Shown here: piece after piece, positions 1 to 10,059 of the stretch
Layout of the letters: each line of letters starts with the position of its first letter
Numbering within the stretch: position 1 is the first letter of the stretch
Source of the DNA: Deltaproteobacteria bacterium
Lineage (GTDB): Bacteria; Desulfobacterota; GWC2-55-46
DNA: 64,000 bases
Direction: 5' to 3'
Assembly (NCBI GenBank): GCA_016234405.1
Contig: JACRCC010000046.1
Span: 2,079-66,078, forward strand
The notes under the pieces: generated by a model
What the model was told of the DNA's origin: nothing
Seen by the model: only the letters and a program-made list of their open reading frames with translations
The model's database searches: none
Program-made: the position numbers and the translations under genes

Positions 1-50
1 TACTTCCTACCCCCTACCTCCTACTTCCTACCTCCTACCCCCTACCCCCC
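1..50. repeat. Repeat family R8 (TACCCCCTACCTCC-type C-rich repeat); truncated at window edge; encodes the GGRG-stop tail of pdxJ
   Basis: Motif tacccc(c)tacctcc tandemly iterated; second copy at 23763-23833; the pdxJ stop (35-37, reverse complement TAG) lies inside it. Confidence 0.6.
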
Positions 51-760
51 ATAATGAGTCTTTTCATTTCCCTTACGGCCTCTTCTATGCCCGTATACAC
101 GCTTCGCGCCATAATCGAGAACCCTACGGCAAATTCGTCAATCTCCGGCATGGCCGCGATAGGAACGATATTGCGGTAATCAAGCCCGTGTCCGGCGTGG
201 GTCTTCATGCCGATGCGTTTGGAGAGCGCCGCGGCGTCGTATATCTTTTTAAGCTCCGCCTCCGTTGCGGCCTCTCCCCTTGCCTCCGCGTAAAGGCCTG
301 TGTGAATCTCCACTCCGTTCGAGCCTATCTTGTGGCTCGCCTTCACGGCCTCCGGCGCAGGGTCAATGAAAAGGTTGACGTGTATCCCGCCGTCTCTCAA
401 CGTGGCGACGAATTTTTTAAGATGGTCGGCATGCGTCCTCACGTCAAGGCCGCCTTCGGTCGTCAGCTCCTGCCTTTTTTCAGGGACAAGCGTAACCATG
501 TCGGGTTTGACCTCGAGGGCGATGGAGAGCATTTCTTTTGTCGCGGCCAACTCAAGGTTGAATTTCGTCTTCATGGTATTTTTGAGAAGGAAGACATCCT
601 TGTCCTGAATGTGCCGCCTGTCCTCGCGCAGATGCACGGTTATGCCGTCTGCGCCGGACAACTCGGCCCGCAAGGCAACTGCAACCGGGTCCGGTTCCTT
701 TGCGCCGCGCGCCTTTCTCAGTGTGGCAATGTGGTCTACGTTGACTGAAAGTGTGGGCAT
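35..760 (-). CDS. pdxJ: Pyridoxine 5'-phosphate synthase PdxJ
   Basis: MPTLSVNVDHIATLRKARG... TIM-barrel PdxJ signature; internal Met chosen as start by homology to the E. coli N-terminus. Confidence 0.85.
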   Translation of the reverse strand: MPTLSVNVDHIATLRKARGAKEPDPVAVALRAELSGADGITVHLREDRRHIQDKDVFLLKNTMKTKFNLELAATKEMLSIALEVKPDMVTLVPEKRQELTTEGGLDVRTHADHLKKFVATLRDGGIHVNLFIDPAPEAVKASHKIGSNGVEIHTGLYAEARGEAATEAELKKIYDAAALSKRIGMKTHAGHGLDYRNIVPIAAMPEIDEFAVGFSIMARSVYTGIEEAVREMKRLIMGGRG

Positions 761-835
761 ATTAAAGATGCTCCTCGTATATTTTTTTGTCGGCAAACTG
801 CTGAATTAAAGGCGGGCGGCGACCACCCTGCAACG

Positions 836-1708
836 CTATCTCAGATATTCCTCACAGAAGGGTGTAATATCCCTGTTAAGCTCGCAGGCCTTTTTATAGT
901 CAGCCAAGCTTCTACTATTTTGCCCTTTATTATAATTATAATACGAACTTCCGCGCATCCAGTAGGCACCAGCGTTACCCGGCTCCAGCGATATTACCTT
1001 GTTGTAATCCTCAATGGCCCTGTCGTATTGGTGTTTCATACCATACGCAAACCCGCGTCTACTGTAGGCTCTGGCGTAATAAGGATCAAGCTCGATTGCC
1101 TCTGAATATGCCTCTATAGCGTTATCCCAATCCCCGGAATTTCCAAAGGCCCAACCCTTTTTAAACCACTCCGTTGCGCTCATGGTATTGATCTGTTTTG
1201 CGTATGCAAGCTGTTTTGACCTGTCGTTTTTTACGGTATCAAGTTCTGCCTTGAGTTTTACAATATCTTTCAACGCCTCGTCTGCGCGCCTCTTCGATTC
1301 CTCTAGTTCCTTTGTCTTGACATCATCCTTACGGAGCCTGTCAATAGCCTTTGCCACTTCGACAGGGTCCGCCTTTATCCGCGCCTTCAGGTAATATTTT
1401 TCGCCGTTCCATTTTTCGTCGAATATCTCGATCTGGACTACGCCGGCCGTAAACACGGTAATCTTGTCGCTCGTTATCGCAAAATCTTTCACCTCGGTCT
1501 TGCTCATAAGATACGTGCCGAGTTCTTCAAGGACGAGCCTCTTTGCCTGCTCAAGCGCCTGTGCGCGGGACGTGACCTTGCTGTCTATCTCGCTCGCCTG
1601 ATATGTGTACTCCCTGATGAAAACCTTTTCAGCGGCGAAGGAATTGACTGAGAGGGCAACCGCTGCAAGGGCTGTCAGCGCGTAAAAAATCCGCTTGGCG
1701 GTTCTCAC
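836..1708 (-). CDS. Secreted TPR-repeat protein with coiled-coil middle region
   Basis: N-terminal signal peptide (ALTALAAVALSVNSFA); C-terminal TPR-like W/Y-rich repeats (AYSRRGFAYGMKHQYDRAIEDYNKVISLEPGNAGAYWMRG). Confidence 0.6.
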   Translation of the reverse strand: MRTAKRIFYALTALAAVALSVNSFAAEKVFIREYTYQASEIDSKVTSRAQALEQAKRLVLEELGTYLMSKTEVKDFAITSDKITVFTAGVVQIEIFDEKWNGEKYYLKARIKADPVEVAKAIDRLRKDDVKTKELEESKRRADEALKDIVKLKAELDTVKNDRSKQLAYAKQINTMSATEWFKKGWAFGNSGDWDNAIEAYSEAIELDPYYARAYSRRGFAYGMKHQYDRAIEDYNKVISLEPGNAGAYWMRGSSYYNYNKGQNSRSLADYKKACELNRDITPFCEEYLR

Positions 1709-1769
1709 TGGTATCTCCTCTGATGCGTCGTCTTGCCGTCAGGAGGAAACTCCTGGCGGCACAAAATAC

Positions 1770-2171
1770 CTATATCTTACCCTTAAGATGCTTAAGCACG
1801 GCCTCTTTGACGCCCTTGGCCAACTCAACGGCTTCTTCGGCGTCCTCTCTGGGAATATCATAATAATCCTCACCCGGATACCTGACCTCCACCCCATAAC
1901 TTGACAATACCTCAACCTCCCCCATCTCCGATTCAATCAAAGGGTCGTGTTGCTTGCACAACAAAACAAGGTCTTCTATCGAATGTGTTTTAGGGAAGTC
2001 AATTCCGTAAAACGTAAGAAGCCCCTTGAGATACTTCTCCGCGCACTGCGAGGCATGAAAACAGACCGTATCGCATGGCGGCTTTTCCATCTTCAGCGTA
2101 TGCTCGGCATTTATCAAATCGTTCTCGGCCTTCTTAAACCATGCGCTCACAACCGCCAGCTTATCGCTCAT
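1770..2171 (-). CDS. hepT: HEPN-domain toxin (HepT-like) of a HEPN/MNT toxin-antitoxin pair
   Basis: HEPN fold motifs; follows and overlaps the MNT gene by about 11 nt; start uncertain (2171 or 2207). Confidence 0.7.
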   Translation of the reverse strand: MSDKLAVVSAWFKKAENDLINAEHTLKMEKPPCDTVCFHASQCAEKYLKGLLTFYGIDFPKTHSIEDLVLLCKQHDPLIESEMGEVEVLSSYGVEVRYPGEDYYDIPREDAEEAVELAKGVKEAVLKHLKGKI

Positions 2172-2475
2172 ATACCACCCTTCCCCTATGAGCGGCGGTA
2201 TAGACAATAGTGCCGGCGATATCCTTGAACCGTTTGAACTCCTCAGGCGTCTTTACAATTATATCCTTGGGGATGCCCAAACCCTTTAGCGTCTTCCTCA
2301 AGGCTACAGACCTTTTATGCGGTCTTTCATTCGTATCCATAACGACCATAAGGTCTATATCGCTGTCCGTTGTCGGCTTACCGTAAGCATAAGACCCAAA
2401 AAGAATTATCTTCTCGGCGTCGCCGATGCTTAAAATCTTTCTTACGGCCTCTTTCAAATAACCTTCAATATCCAT
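2161..2475 (-). CDS. mntA: Minimal nucleotidyltransferase (MntA-like antitoxin)
   Basis: GS-x9-DxD nucleotidyltransferase motif (LFGSYAYGKPTTDSDIDLMVV). Confidence 0.75.
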   Translation of the reverse strand: MDIEGYLKEAVRKILSIGDAEKIILFGSYAYGKPTTDSDIDLMVVMDTNERPHKRSVALRKTLKGLGIPKDIIVKTPEEFKRFKDIAGTIVYTAAHRGRVVYER

Positions 2476-2604
2476 ATAACCCTCCGGCCAATGAACAACC
2501 CCGTGCGCGCAGCGGGGTAGCCAAAGACAACTTTCTTTTAGAAGCCGAGCACAAGCCGCGGGGAATTAAACCCCGAAAGGGGATTAACGGTGTATTTATA
2601 CTTT

Positions 2605-3978
2605 CTACCCCTCCCCGACCTCTCTTCTCAAGACCTCGGCAAGCTCCGTTGCCATGTCGCGTATGACCTTTTCGCCCTCGCCCTCAATGGTAATCCTCGC
2701 AAGAGGCTCGGTGCCGGAATACCTTATAAAGACCCTGCCGCGCCCCTTAAGCCTCTTCTCTACGGACTTGAGCGCCTTTTGAAGCTCGGCAAGCGTGGAC
2801 AGGTCTTTCTTGGCCTTGACCTTTACGTTCACGAGCACCTGCGGGTAGCTCTTCATAACGGCCGCAAGCTCGGAGAGTTTTTTATTCTCTAAAACCATCC
2901 GCTTCAAGACCTGCAGGGCGGATATCACGCCGTCGCCGGTGGTGGTGTGATCGAGGTATATCACATGCCCTGACTGTTCGCCTCCGAGATTGTAGCCGTT
3001 CTTGAGCATCTCTTCCACCACGTATCTGTCGCCGACGTTAGTCCTTATCATCTTGCCGCCGTGTTTGATAACGGCCTCCTCAAGCCCCGAGTTGCTCATG
3101 ATGGTCGAGACGAGCGTCTGTTTTTTAAGCGCGCCTTCTTTGAGCATGGCAACGGTTGAGATGGCGAGCATGTAATCGCCGTCAAGGACCCTGCCTTTTT
3201 CATCCACCATGATGCACCTGTCGCCGTCGCCGTCAAGGGCAAAGCCAGCGTCCGCGCCGGTTTCTACCACCTTTTTTGCGAGATGCTCAGGGTGAAGCGC
3301 GCCGCTGTCATGGTTTATGTTCTCTCCGTCGGGCTTCACGCCGATTGACACGACCTCGGCGCCGAGTTCATAAAAAACCTCCGGCGCAACCTTGTAGGCC
3401 GCGCCGTTGGCGCAGTCAACGGCGATTTTAAGCCCCTCTAAGGTAAGTTCCTTGGGGAATGAATTTTTGGCGAAGACCACGTATCTGCCAATCGCGTCGT
3501 CAACCCTGTAGGCCTTGCCGACCTCTTTAGCGGTCGGCCTGTGGGACGGATTTTTATCTTCCCCCGCCCCTATGACAAATTTTTCTATTTCAAGCTCGAT
3601 GGAATCCGGCAGCTTCAATCCGTCTCTCGAAAAGAATTTTATGCCGTTGTCCTGATACGGGTTATGCGAGGCGGATATGACGACCCCGGCGTCCGCCCTC
3701 ATGCTCGAGGTGATAAACGCGATGCCCGGCGTTGGCAGAGGCCCGACCATCACGGCGTCAACGCCCATCGAACAGATGCCGGCCATCATCGCGCTCTCGA
3801 GCATATAACCCGACAACCGCGTGTCTTTGCCGATGACTATCCTGTGGCGGTGCGGTTTTTTCTTGAAAACGTAGGCAATCGCCCTGCCGAGTTGCAGCGC
3901 CGTCTCGGCGGTCATGGGTTCCATGTTTGCGACGCCGCGTATCCCGTCCGTGCCAAAGAGCCTTTTCTTGGAAACCAT
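2605..3978 (-). CDS. glmM: Phosphoglucosamine mutase GlmM
   Basis: FGTDGIRG N-terminus, SASHNP phosphoserine loop; start set at [15 protein letters not shown]. Confidence 0.9.
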   Translation of the reverse strand: MVSKKRLFGTDGIRGVANMEPMTAETALQLGRAIAYVFKKKPHRHRIVIGKDTRLSGYMLESAMMAGICSMGVDAVMVGPLPTPGIAFITSSMRADAGVVISASHNPYQDNGIKFFSRDGLKLPDSIELEIEKFVIGAGEDKNPSHRPTAKEVGKAYRVDDAIGRYVVFAKNSFPKELTLEGLKIAVDCANGAAYKVAPEVFYELGAEVVSIGVKPDGENINHDSGALHPEHLAKKVVETGADAGFALDGDGDRCIMVDEKGRVLDGDYMLAISTVAMLKEGALKKQTLVSTIMSNSGLEEAVIKHGGKMIRTNVGDRYVVEEMLKNGYNLGGEQSGHVIYLDHTTTGDGVISALQVLKRMVLENKKLSELAAVMKSYPQVLVNVKVKAKKDLSTLAELQKALKSVEKRLKGRGRVFIRYSGTEPLARITIEGEGEKVIRDMATELAEVLRREVGEG

Positions 3979-4029
3979 CTTATCCCCCTCACACTGTAAC
4001 GACATGCCTTAGCATGTCGTTACATCTGT

Positions 4030-4232
4030 TGTCCATTCGCATGTCATGAGCGAAAACAAGAAGCAGATCCTTCGCGGAGTTTACACTGAAGCACATTCGC
4101 TTCGCTCAGTGTAAACTCCGCGAATGTGCCTGCCTTGAACGGAAAAAGCAGATCCTTCCCCGTTCGCTGCGCTCAGGGCTGACGGCTCACTCGCTCAGGA
4201 TGACCTTCTCTCCCTGCGGGGAGAGAAGGTCA
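4030..4232. repeat. Composite palindromic repeat R5 (GTCATTCTGAGCGCATTCGC / GGAGTTTACACTGAAGC modules), about 200 nt, between glmM and cdaR
   Basis: Related copies at 18771-18843 and 49505-49596; internal direct repeat aagcagatccttc twice; terminal perfect hairpin gaccttctctcccc/ggggagagaaggtc abuts the cdaR stop. Confidence 0.7.
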
Positions 4233-4892
4233 TTTCTCCTTCTCGAAAATAACCTTCACCTTGACGCTCTCAACGCTCAATGCCCTGATGTCATTATCCG
4301 GTATTTCAAGCTGCGCCGTAACGTCCATCCGTGCCCGCGCCCCGCTTATGTCAACCGGTTTCGTATAGACGGCGGTGAACACGTCGAGGTTCTTCTTGAC
4401 CACGCCTGCGGTTACGGACCTTGGCGTCACGCTCACCCTTGCGACGCGCCAGCCCTTGCCCGGTTTTCCGCTGAGCCTGACCTTTACCGGAAGCTCGACT
4501 TCAACGAGCCTATCCATGCGTATCTCAACCGAGGCAGGGATCACCCTCGTAACCTTTATGCCTGCGGGCACGGTTACGTCCCTCGGCGGTATCCGGTAGC
4601 CGTTGACGCCTTCTTTCGCGGAGGCAAGGTCCACCTCGGCGATTATCTGCGAGGGCAGGAGATTATTCACGAGAAATTTCGGTCCAGCGACCCTCACGTC
4701 AACCTCGCCCTCCGGCGCGCCTGTCATGACCATGCCCTTGGGAATGCCCTTAAAGGAAAGCGGGACCATGAACCCCACGTCCGTGCTCGTCTGACTGGCT
4801 ACGAAAAACCAGAGCGCAAGGGAAAAACCGAGCGCGAGGAGTTTTAGCCTGAGATTTTTAAGGATAAGTTCTTTCACTCGGCGGCCTTCCAC
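4230..4892 (-). CDS. cdaR: YbbR-like protein CdaR (regulator of diadenylate cyclase)
   Basis: N-terminal TM then YbbR-like beta-rich repeats; positioned between cdaA and glmM; GTG start (4892) or GTG at 4877 overlapping the cdaA stop. Confidence 0.7.
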   Translation of the reverse strand: MEGRRVKELILKNLRLKLLALGFSLALWFFVASQTSTDVGFMVPLSFKGIPKGMVMTGAPEGEVDVRVAGPKFLVNNLLPSQIIAEVDLASAKEGVNGYRIPPRDVTVPAGIKVTRVIPASVEIRMDRLVEVELPVKVRLSGKPGKGWRVARVSVTPRSVTAGVVKKNLDVFTAVYTKPVDISGARARMDVTAQLEIPDNDIRALSVESVKVKVIFEKEK

Positions 4893-5674
4893 GGAAAAAA
4901 CCGGCGACTTGAATTTTCATGTTTTGAAAAACGCCTCCTCAACTCGCCAAGCAGCCCCTCGTTGCTTATGCCCGTGAAAATTTCCTCCTCGACGATGAGC
5001 GCAGCCTCCCCCGTCTCCTCGGAGACCACTATCACGAGCGCGTCCGTCTCCTCGGCCAAACCCATAGCCGCCCTGTGGCGTGTGCCTCTGCCCGACAGGT
5101 TCTCACTCACGTCCTTGTCGGTAAGCGGCAATATGCATCCGGCCTTATAGACCCTCCCGCGCCTCACCACGACGGCCCCGTCGTGCAGGGGAGAGGCCGT
5201 GTTGAAGATGGAAAGGAGCAATTCCTTCGAGACCTTGGAGTCCATCTCAACGCCTGTATCGAGGTGCTCGGACAAATCCTCCCCGCGCTCCATCACGATG
5301 ATGCCTCCGGTGCGCGCCTCTTTCATTCGGGTCACGGACAACACTATCTCGACGATGGATTCGCTCTCCGCCCTTATCTCTCCGGAGCTGAATGGGCGGC
5401 CCATCTTCACGAGCGCGCGCCTGATGTCCTGTTGGAAAACGACTATGATGAATATTACGATTGAGCCGAGAAAATTAGAAAGTATCCAGTGGAGGGTGAG
5501 GAACTCGAACCTGTCCGTGATAAAATATACTATTACGATTACGGCAATGCCCCAGAGCATCCTCTCGGCCTTGGTGCCCTTGAACATGAGCATAATCCAA
5601 TAGAGCACCACCGCGACCGCGATGACGTCAACTATCTCGATTATGTTACGGAGCCTGAGCAGTATGTCGAGCAT
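4874..5674 (-). CDS. cdaA: Diadenylate cyclase CdaA (DisA_N domain, membrane anchored)
   Basis: Three N-terminal TM helices; DAC domain motifs (DGAVVV, RGTRHRAA). Confidence 0.85.
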   Translation of the reverse strand: MLDILLRLRNIIEIVDVIAVAVVLYWIMLMFKGTKAERMLWGIAVIVIVYFITDRFEFLTLHWILSNFLGSIVIFIIVVFQQDIRRALVKMGRPFSSGEIRAESESIVEIVLSVTRMKEARTGGIIVMERGEDLSEHLDTGVEMDSKVSKELLLSIFNTASPLHDGAVVVRRGRVYKAGCILPLTDKDVSENLSGRGTRHRAAMGLAEETDALVIVVSEETGEAALIVEEEIFTGISNEGLLGELRRRFSKHENSSRRFFPWKAAE

Positions 5675-5733
5675 TCCGAATATCCGCCGCTAAAAATCGC
5701 TCTTTTTCCCCGACCATTACGTTATGGGCGTTA

Positions 5734-5791
5734 GGGCGAAAATAAAAATGCTCACATATTGTCATATATGCTCCGCTTTTTATTTTCGCCC
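5734..5791. promoter_or_regulatory. Perfect 15-bp inverted repeat (GGGCGAAAATAAAAA ... TTTTTATTTTCGCCC) with a 28-nt loop, upstream of cdaA
   Basis: Seen directly in sequence; lies in the 180-nt folP-cdaA spacer, followed by a TTGACC box. Confidence 0.4.
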
Positions 5792-5853
5792 TGCCTTGAC
5801 CTCGGAAAAAATAGCTGATTTTTAGAAGCGCTCTTTAGTTTTTTTACGGTCTG

Positions 5854-7056
5854 TCAGTATGCCGCCTTGAGCGCGTCGGCAATGGCGCAGGCCACAACCG
5901 CCTCTTTGACGTCATGCACGCGCAATATCTGCGCCCCGTTCAAGACCGCGGCCACGCCCGCGGCTATGGAACCGGAAAGCCTCTCCTCCGGCGTTCCTCC
6001 GCGCCCGGCGGCCGCCTTGCCTATGAAGGATTTTCTCGAAACCCCGACGAGCACGGGGGCGCCGAGCGCGCGGAATTCCGAGAGGTTTTTTATCAATGAT
6101 AGATTTCCGTCAACGGATTTCCCAAAACCTATCCCAGGGTCTATTACTATCCTGTCCCTTGATATTCCTGCGGTTTCAGCATACTCCATCCGCTCGGAAA
6201 GGTAAAGGAATACCGTGTCGAGAAGGTCTTTGTAGGACGTATCGAGCTGCATCGCGGCCGCGCTCCCGCGCCTGTGCATGAGGACAACTGCCGCGCCGGA
6301 GCATACCCGCGCCATGTCCGCGTCCCCGAGCGCGCTTACGTCGTGTATCATCTCGGCCCCTGCGTCAAGCGCGGCCTTTGCGACGACGGCCTTGCTTGTA
6401 TCCACCGACACGGCAACGCCTTTTTTGACAAGCCCTACGACCACGGGGATTACCCTTTTCAACTCCTCCTCCGCGTCCACCGGAAGGGCGTTGGGACGGG
6501 TTGACTCTCCCCCCACGTCAACGATGTCCGCGCCGCACTCCCTCATCCGGAGGCCGTGCTCCACGGCCTTGTCCGCTTCGAGATACGCCCCGCCGTCGGA
6601 AAAAGAATCCGGCGTAACGTTAAGTATCCCCATGACGAGAGAGCGCGCGCCCAGCTTCCACTTCCGTGCCCGCGCCTTTATGACATACTCGGGCCGGGTT
6701 ATGTTAACAATGGCCTCTTTTACGGATTCGGCCACGGCCGGAAGCCCGAAGGACTGAACGGAAAGTTTAGCTATGAGCGTCTCAAAATGTCTTGCGGTGC
6801 CGGAAATAATCGCGTCGGAAACAACGACGGAGCACGACGCAGCGCCCTTTGCAACGGCTGCCTCTCCTCCGATGGACAGCATATCTTGTTTGAGGACGTT
6901 GGCCTGCGCCGGCGTGAGACCGGCGATTTTTAGATTATAATGGAACTGTTTGGACGTCATTATCGCCGCGCCTGCCGGGTCAACGCCGATGCGCTCCATC
7001 TCCGAGTATGACCGCGCCGGCAGGGTTATGTTCAAACTCCTTACGGGAAACTTCAA
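5854..7056 (-). CDS. folP: Dihydropteroate synthase FolP with an N-terminal extension of about 120 aa
   Basis: Pterin-binding domain motifs (DPGIGFGK, ILNVTPDSFSDGG) in the C-terminal 280 aa. Confidence 0.85.
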   Translation of the reverse strand: MKFPVRSLNITLPARSYSEMERIGVDPAGAAIMTSKQFHYNLKIAGLTPAQANVLKQDMLSIGGEAAVAKGAASCSVVVSDAIISGTARHFETLIAKLSVQSFGLPAVAESVKEAIVNITRPEYVIKARARKWKLGARSLVMGILNVTPDSFSDGGAYLEADKAVEHGLRMRECGADIVDVGGESTRPNALPVDAEEELKRVIPVVVGLVKKGVAVSVDTSKAVVAKAALDAGAEMIHDVSALGDADMARVCSGAAVVLMHRRGSAAAMQLDTSYKDLLDTVFLYLSERMEYAETAGISRDRIVIDPGIGFGKSVDGNLSLIKNLSEFRALGAPVLVGVSRKSFIGKAAAGRGGTPEERLSGSIAAGVAAVLNGAQILRVHDVKEAVVACAIADALKAAY

Positions 7057-7169
7057 ACGGAGCCTCCATTTTATGCAACTAAAAAATCAAAACTATATAT
7101 TATGGCGGGTGTGGCCGCCCTACAAAACAAACATACAAGGGGGATTGACTTGGAGATGAAAGAATGGAA

Positions 7170-9089
7170 CTACTTTGCGGCTGCGCCGAGCGGCGGTGCG
7201 CCGAACGGCGCTAATGGCTCGTCTTTTTCAGGCGCGGCAGTCTTAACCGCTTCATGCGCCTTAGGCTCCGCGGCGGCCTGTTGTTTAACGGCAGGCGCAT
7301 CCGCGCCGAATATGAGCTTGTCAATCTCAACGGCGTCGAGCATCTCTTTATCGAGGAGGCTCTTCGCGAGCCTCTCAAGCGCGTCTCTGCGCGTTTCCAA
7401 AAGCAGCTTCGCGCGGACGTAGTTCTCCGTGACTATCCGCCTGACCTCGGTGTCTATGTCAATGGCCGTGCTCTCGCTGAAATCCCGCTTCTGGGAGATT
7501 TCCCTTCCGAGGAAGATATGTTCTTCTTTTTTGCCGAAGGTAAGGGGCCCGAGTTTTTCGCTCATGCCCCATTCGCAGACCATCTTTCTGGCTATCTCGG
7601 TAGCCCTCTCGATGTCGTTTGCGGCGCCGGTCGTCATGTGGTTTAACACTATCTCTTCGGCGGCCCTGCCGCCCATGAGCACCGCAATATTGTTGAAGAG
7701 ATAATCCTTGTTATAGGTATGTCTCTCGTCAATGGGGAGCTGCTGCGTGAGTCCGAGCGCCATGCCTCTTGGGATTATTGAGACCTTGTGTATCGGGTCA
7801 GTGCCGGGTATGAGGCGCGCCACGAGCGTATGCCCGGCCTCGTGATAGGCGGTATTCAACTTTTCCGAGTCGCTTATTATCATGCTCCTTCTCTCGCTGC
7901 CCATCAAGAGCTTGTCTTTGGCGTGGTCGAACTCAACCATGTCAACCTTGTCCTTGCCCCTCCTTGCCGCAAGGAGCGCCGCCTCGTTCACGAGGTTGGA
8001 GAGGTCCGCGCCGGAAAACCCCGGGGTCCCGCGCGCTATGACCTCGGCCTTGACGTCGGACGAGAGCGGGGTCTTTGACATGTGCACGCGGAGTATCTCT
8101 TCCCTGCCCCTGATGTCCGGCTTGGGCACGACGACGTTTCTGTCAAACCTGCCGGGACGGAGAAGCGCCGGGTCGAGGACGTCTGGCCTGTTGGTGGCGG
8201 CGACGATGATGACGCCCTCGTTGCTCTCGAACCCGTCCATCTCCACGAGGAGTTGATTCAACGTCTGCTCGCGCTCGTCATGCCCCCCTCCGAGTCCCGC
8301 GCCCCTGTGACGGCCGACGGCGTCTATCTCGTCAATGAATATTATGCACGGGGCGTTTTTCTTGCCCTGAACGAAAAGGTCCCTTACGCGGGACGCGCCG
8401 ACCCCGACGAACATCTCAACAAAGTCGCTGCCGGATATAGAAAAAAACGGCACGCCCGCCTCGCCCGCTATGGCCTTTGCAAGAAGCGTCTTGCCCGTGC
8501 CCGGAGAGCCGACAAGGAGAACCCCTTTGGGTATGCGGCCTCCGAGCTTCGTGAACTTCTTGGGGTCTTTGAGAAAATCTATTATCTCGCTGACCTCTTC
8601 CTTGGCCTCGTCAATGCCGGCCACGTCCTTAAACGTAACCCTCTGCTGATTCTCGGTGAGGAGCTTTGCCTTTGATTTCCCGAAGCTCATGGCCTTGCCG
8701 CCGCCGCTTTGCATCTGACGCATAAAAAATATCCAAATTCCGATGATGAGCACCATCGGAAACCACGAGATGAATATCGAACCCCATGAGGGAGAATCGT
8801 TGACCGGCTCGGCGGCGATTTTCACGCCGCTTGCGCGCAGCTTTTCGATAAGGTCGGGATAGAAGGGAGAATAGGTCTTGAAGACCTTGCCGTCGCGGTA
8901 TTTGCCGCTGATGTCGTTGCCCTGAATGTTGACCTCGGAGACGCTGCCCTTTTCGACCTCCTGTATGAAGTCGCTGAAAACGGTCTTCTCCGAGGAGGGC
9001 TGCTTGTAGCTGATAAGGTTAAACATCAGCACGACCGAGGCGATTATGAAAAGCCACAAGGCTATGCTTTTGTAGGATTGTCCCATCAT
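7170..9089 (-). CDS. ftsH: ATP-dependent zinc metalloprotease FtsH
   Basis: Two TM segments, Walker A GPPGTGKT, SRH, HEAGH zinc motif. Confidence 0.95.
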   Translation of the reverse strand: MMGQSYKSIALWLFIIASVVLMFNLISYKQPSSEKTVFSDFIQEVEKGSVSEVNIQGNDISGKYRDGKVFKTYSPFYPDLIEKLRASGVKIAAEPVNDSPSWGSIFISWFPMVLIIGIWIFFMRQMQSGGGKAMSFGKSKAKLLTENQQRVTFKDVAGIDEAKEEVSEIIDFLKDPKKFTKLGGRIPKGVLLVGSPGTGKTLLAKAIAGEAGVPFFSISGSDFVEMFVGVGASRVRDLFVQGKKNAPCIIFIDEIDAVGRHRGAGLGGGHDEREQTLNQLLVEMDGFESNEGVIIVAATNRPDVLDPALLRPGRFDRNVVVPKPDIRGREEILRVHMSKTPLSSDVKAEVIARGTPGFSGADLSNLVNEAALLAARRGKDKVDMVEFDHAKDKLLMGSERRSMIISDSEKLNTAYHEAGHTLVARLIPGTDPIHKVSIIPRGMALGLTQQLPIDERHTYNKDYLFNNIAVLMGGRAAEEIVLNHMTTGAANDIERATEIARKMVCEWGMSEKLGPLTFGKKEEHIFLGREISQKRDFSESTAIDIDTEVRRIVTENYVRAKLLLETRRDALERLAKSLLDKEMLDAVEIDKLIFGADAPAVKQQAAAEPKAHEAVKTAAPEKDEPLAPFGAPPLGAAAK

Positions 9090-9225
9090 GTATCCTCTGT
9101 AAGCTCCTTTATAAAATCAAACCTTAAGACCGGAATATCACTTTTTGATTTTGTCATATTGCGCGGAGGATTACAACAAAATTATGGCGGATTGTCCCTA
9201 ACTCCAAAGACGGCGCAAAACGTCT

Positions 9226-10056
9226 TCAACCCGTCTTAGTCCTCTCGTGCGACACCCTCGCAAACGCCGCGCAAAAAAGGAATATGGAAATCGTATAGTA
9301 TATCCACGCCATCAGCAGCATCACCGTGCCTATCGAGGCATAGAACTTGTTAAAGGCCGGAAAATACGAGATGTAGAGCGCGAAGAGCTGTTTTGCCGCC
9401 TCCCAAAGCACGGTAAAGAGGAGGCCGCCGTAGAACGCATGTCTGAGATTCAGGTTCGGCCCGGAAAACATCCTGTAGACGAGCGCCGCCGCCACAAACA
9501 AAAACCCCATCGGGAGGACGTATTTAAAGGTGAGGCTCTCTATGAGATAGTGATACAGGTCAATCTCGAAGACCTTGAATTTATAGTGCCTCAGTATCCC
9601 CGCAAGCGTCGTGGTCATGAGCGAAAAAAAGGCCGCGGCCACGCTTAAGCAGAGCACTAACATATTGACTATCTTTCGCCTGACGAACCCGAACCTGCTC
9701 GTCGTGTCGAACGTAGCGGCAAGCGCCGACGACATGGAATCAAAAACGAGGTCCGCGCTCCATAAAAGGGTAACAAACCCCACCCAGCCGTAGGTCTTCC
9801 ACTTGAGAGACAGCCCGTTGAGGTCGTTTATTATCCTGTCGCTCAAATAAGGCAGACCCTGTTTGACGAAGGTCACGACGTTTTCCATCACCTGCGCGTT
9901 CTTTCCGAGAAACGAGCCGAGTATCGCCGCGATGAGGAGGATGAGCGGGACAAGCGAAAAGAGCGCGAAAAACGATATCGCGGCAGCCCTGTTCATGCCG
10001 TCAATTTTTAAAAAGAGCCTAAAACCTCTCCATATACTGACAATGAATTTCAGCAA
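9226..10056 (-). CDS. yihY: YihY/BrkB family inner-membrane protein
   Basis: Six hydrophobic segments; N-terminal AAAISFFALFSLVPLILL signature of the YihY family. Confidence 0.7.
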   Translation of the reverse strand: MLKFIVSIWRGFRLFLKIDGMNRAAAISFFALFSLVPLILLIAAILGSFLGKNAQVMENVVTFVKQGLPYLSDRIINDLNGLSLKWKTYGWVGFVTLLWSADLVFDSMSSALAATFDTTSRFGFVRRKIVNMLVLCLSVAAAFFSLMTTTLAGILRHYKFKVFEIDLYHYLIESLTFKYVLPMGFLFVAAALVYRMFSGPNLNLRHAFYGGLLFTVLWEAAKQLFALYISYFPAFNKFYASIGTVMLLMAWIYYTISIFLFCAAFARVSHERTKTG

Positions 10057-10059
10057 AGC

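Noticed and set aside
8082-8675. Long antisense ORFs opposite well-supported genes (e.g. 8082-8675 opposite ftsH; 22441-23184 opposite cusB; 24722-25396 and 26132-26656 opposite cusA; 45478-46122 and 46930-47691 opposite narG)
   Set aside because: These are typical shadow ORFs in about 58% GC DNA. Each lies fully inside a gene whose product has strong family signatures on the other strand.
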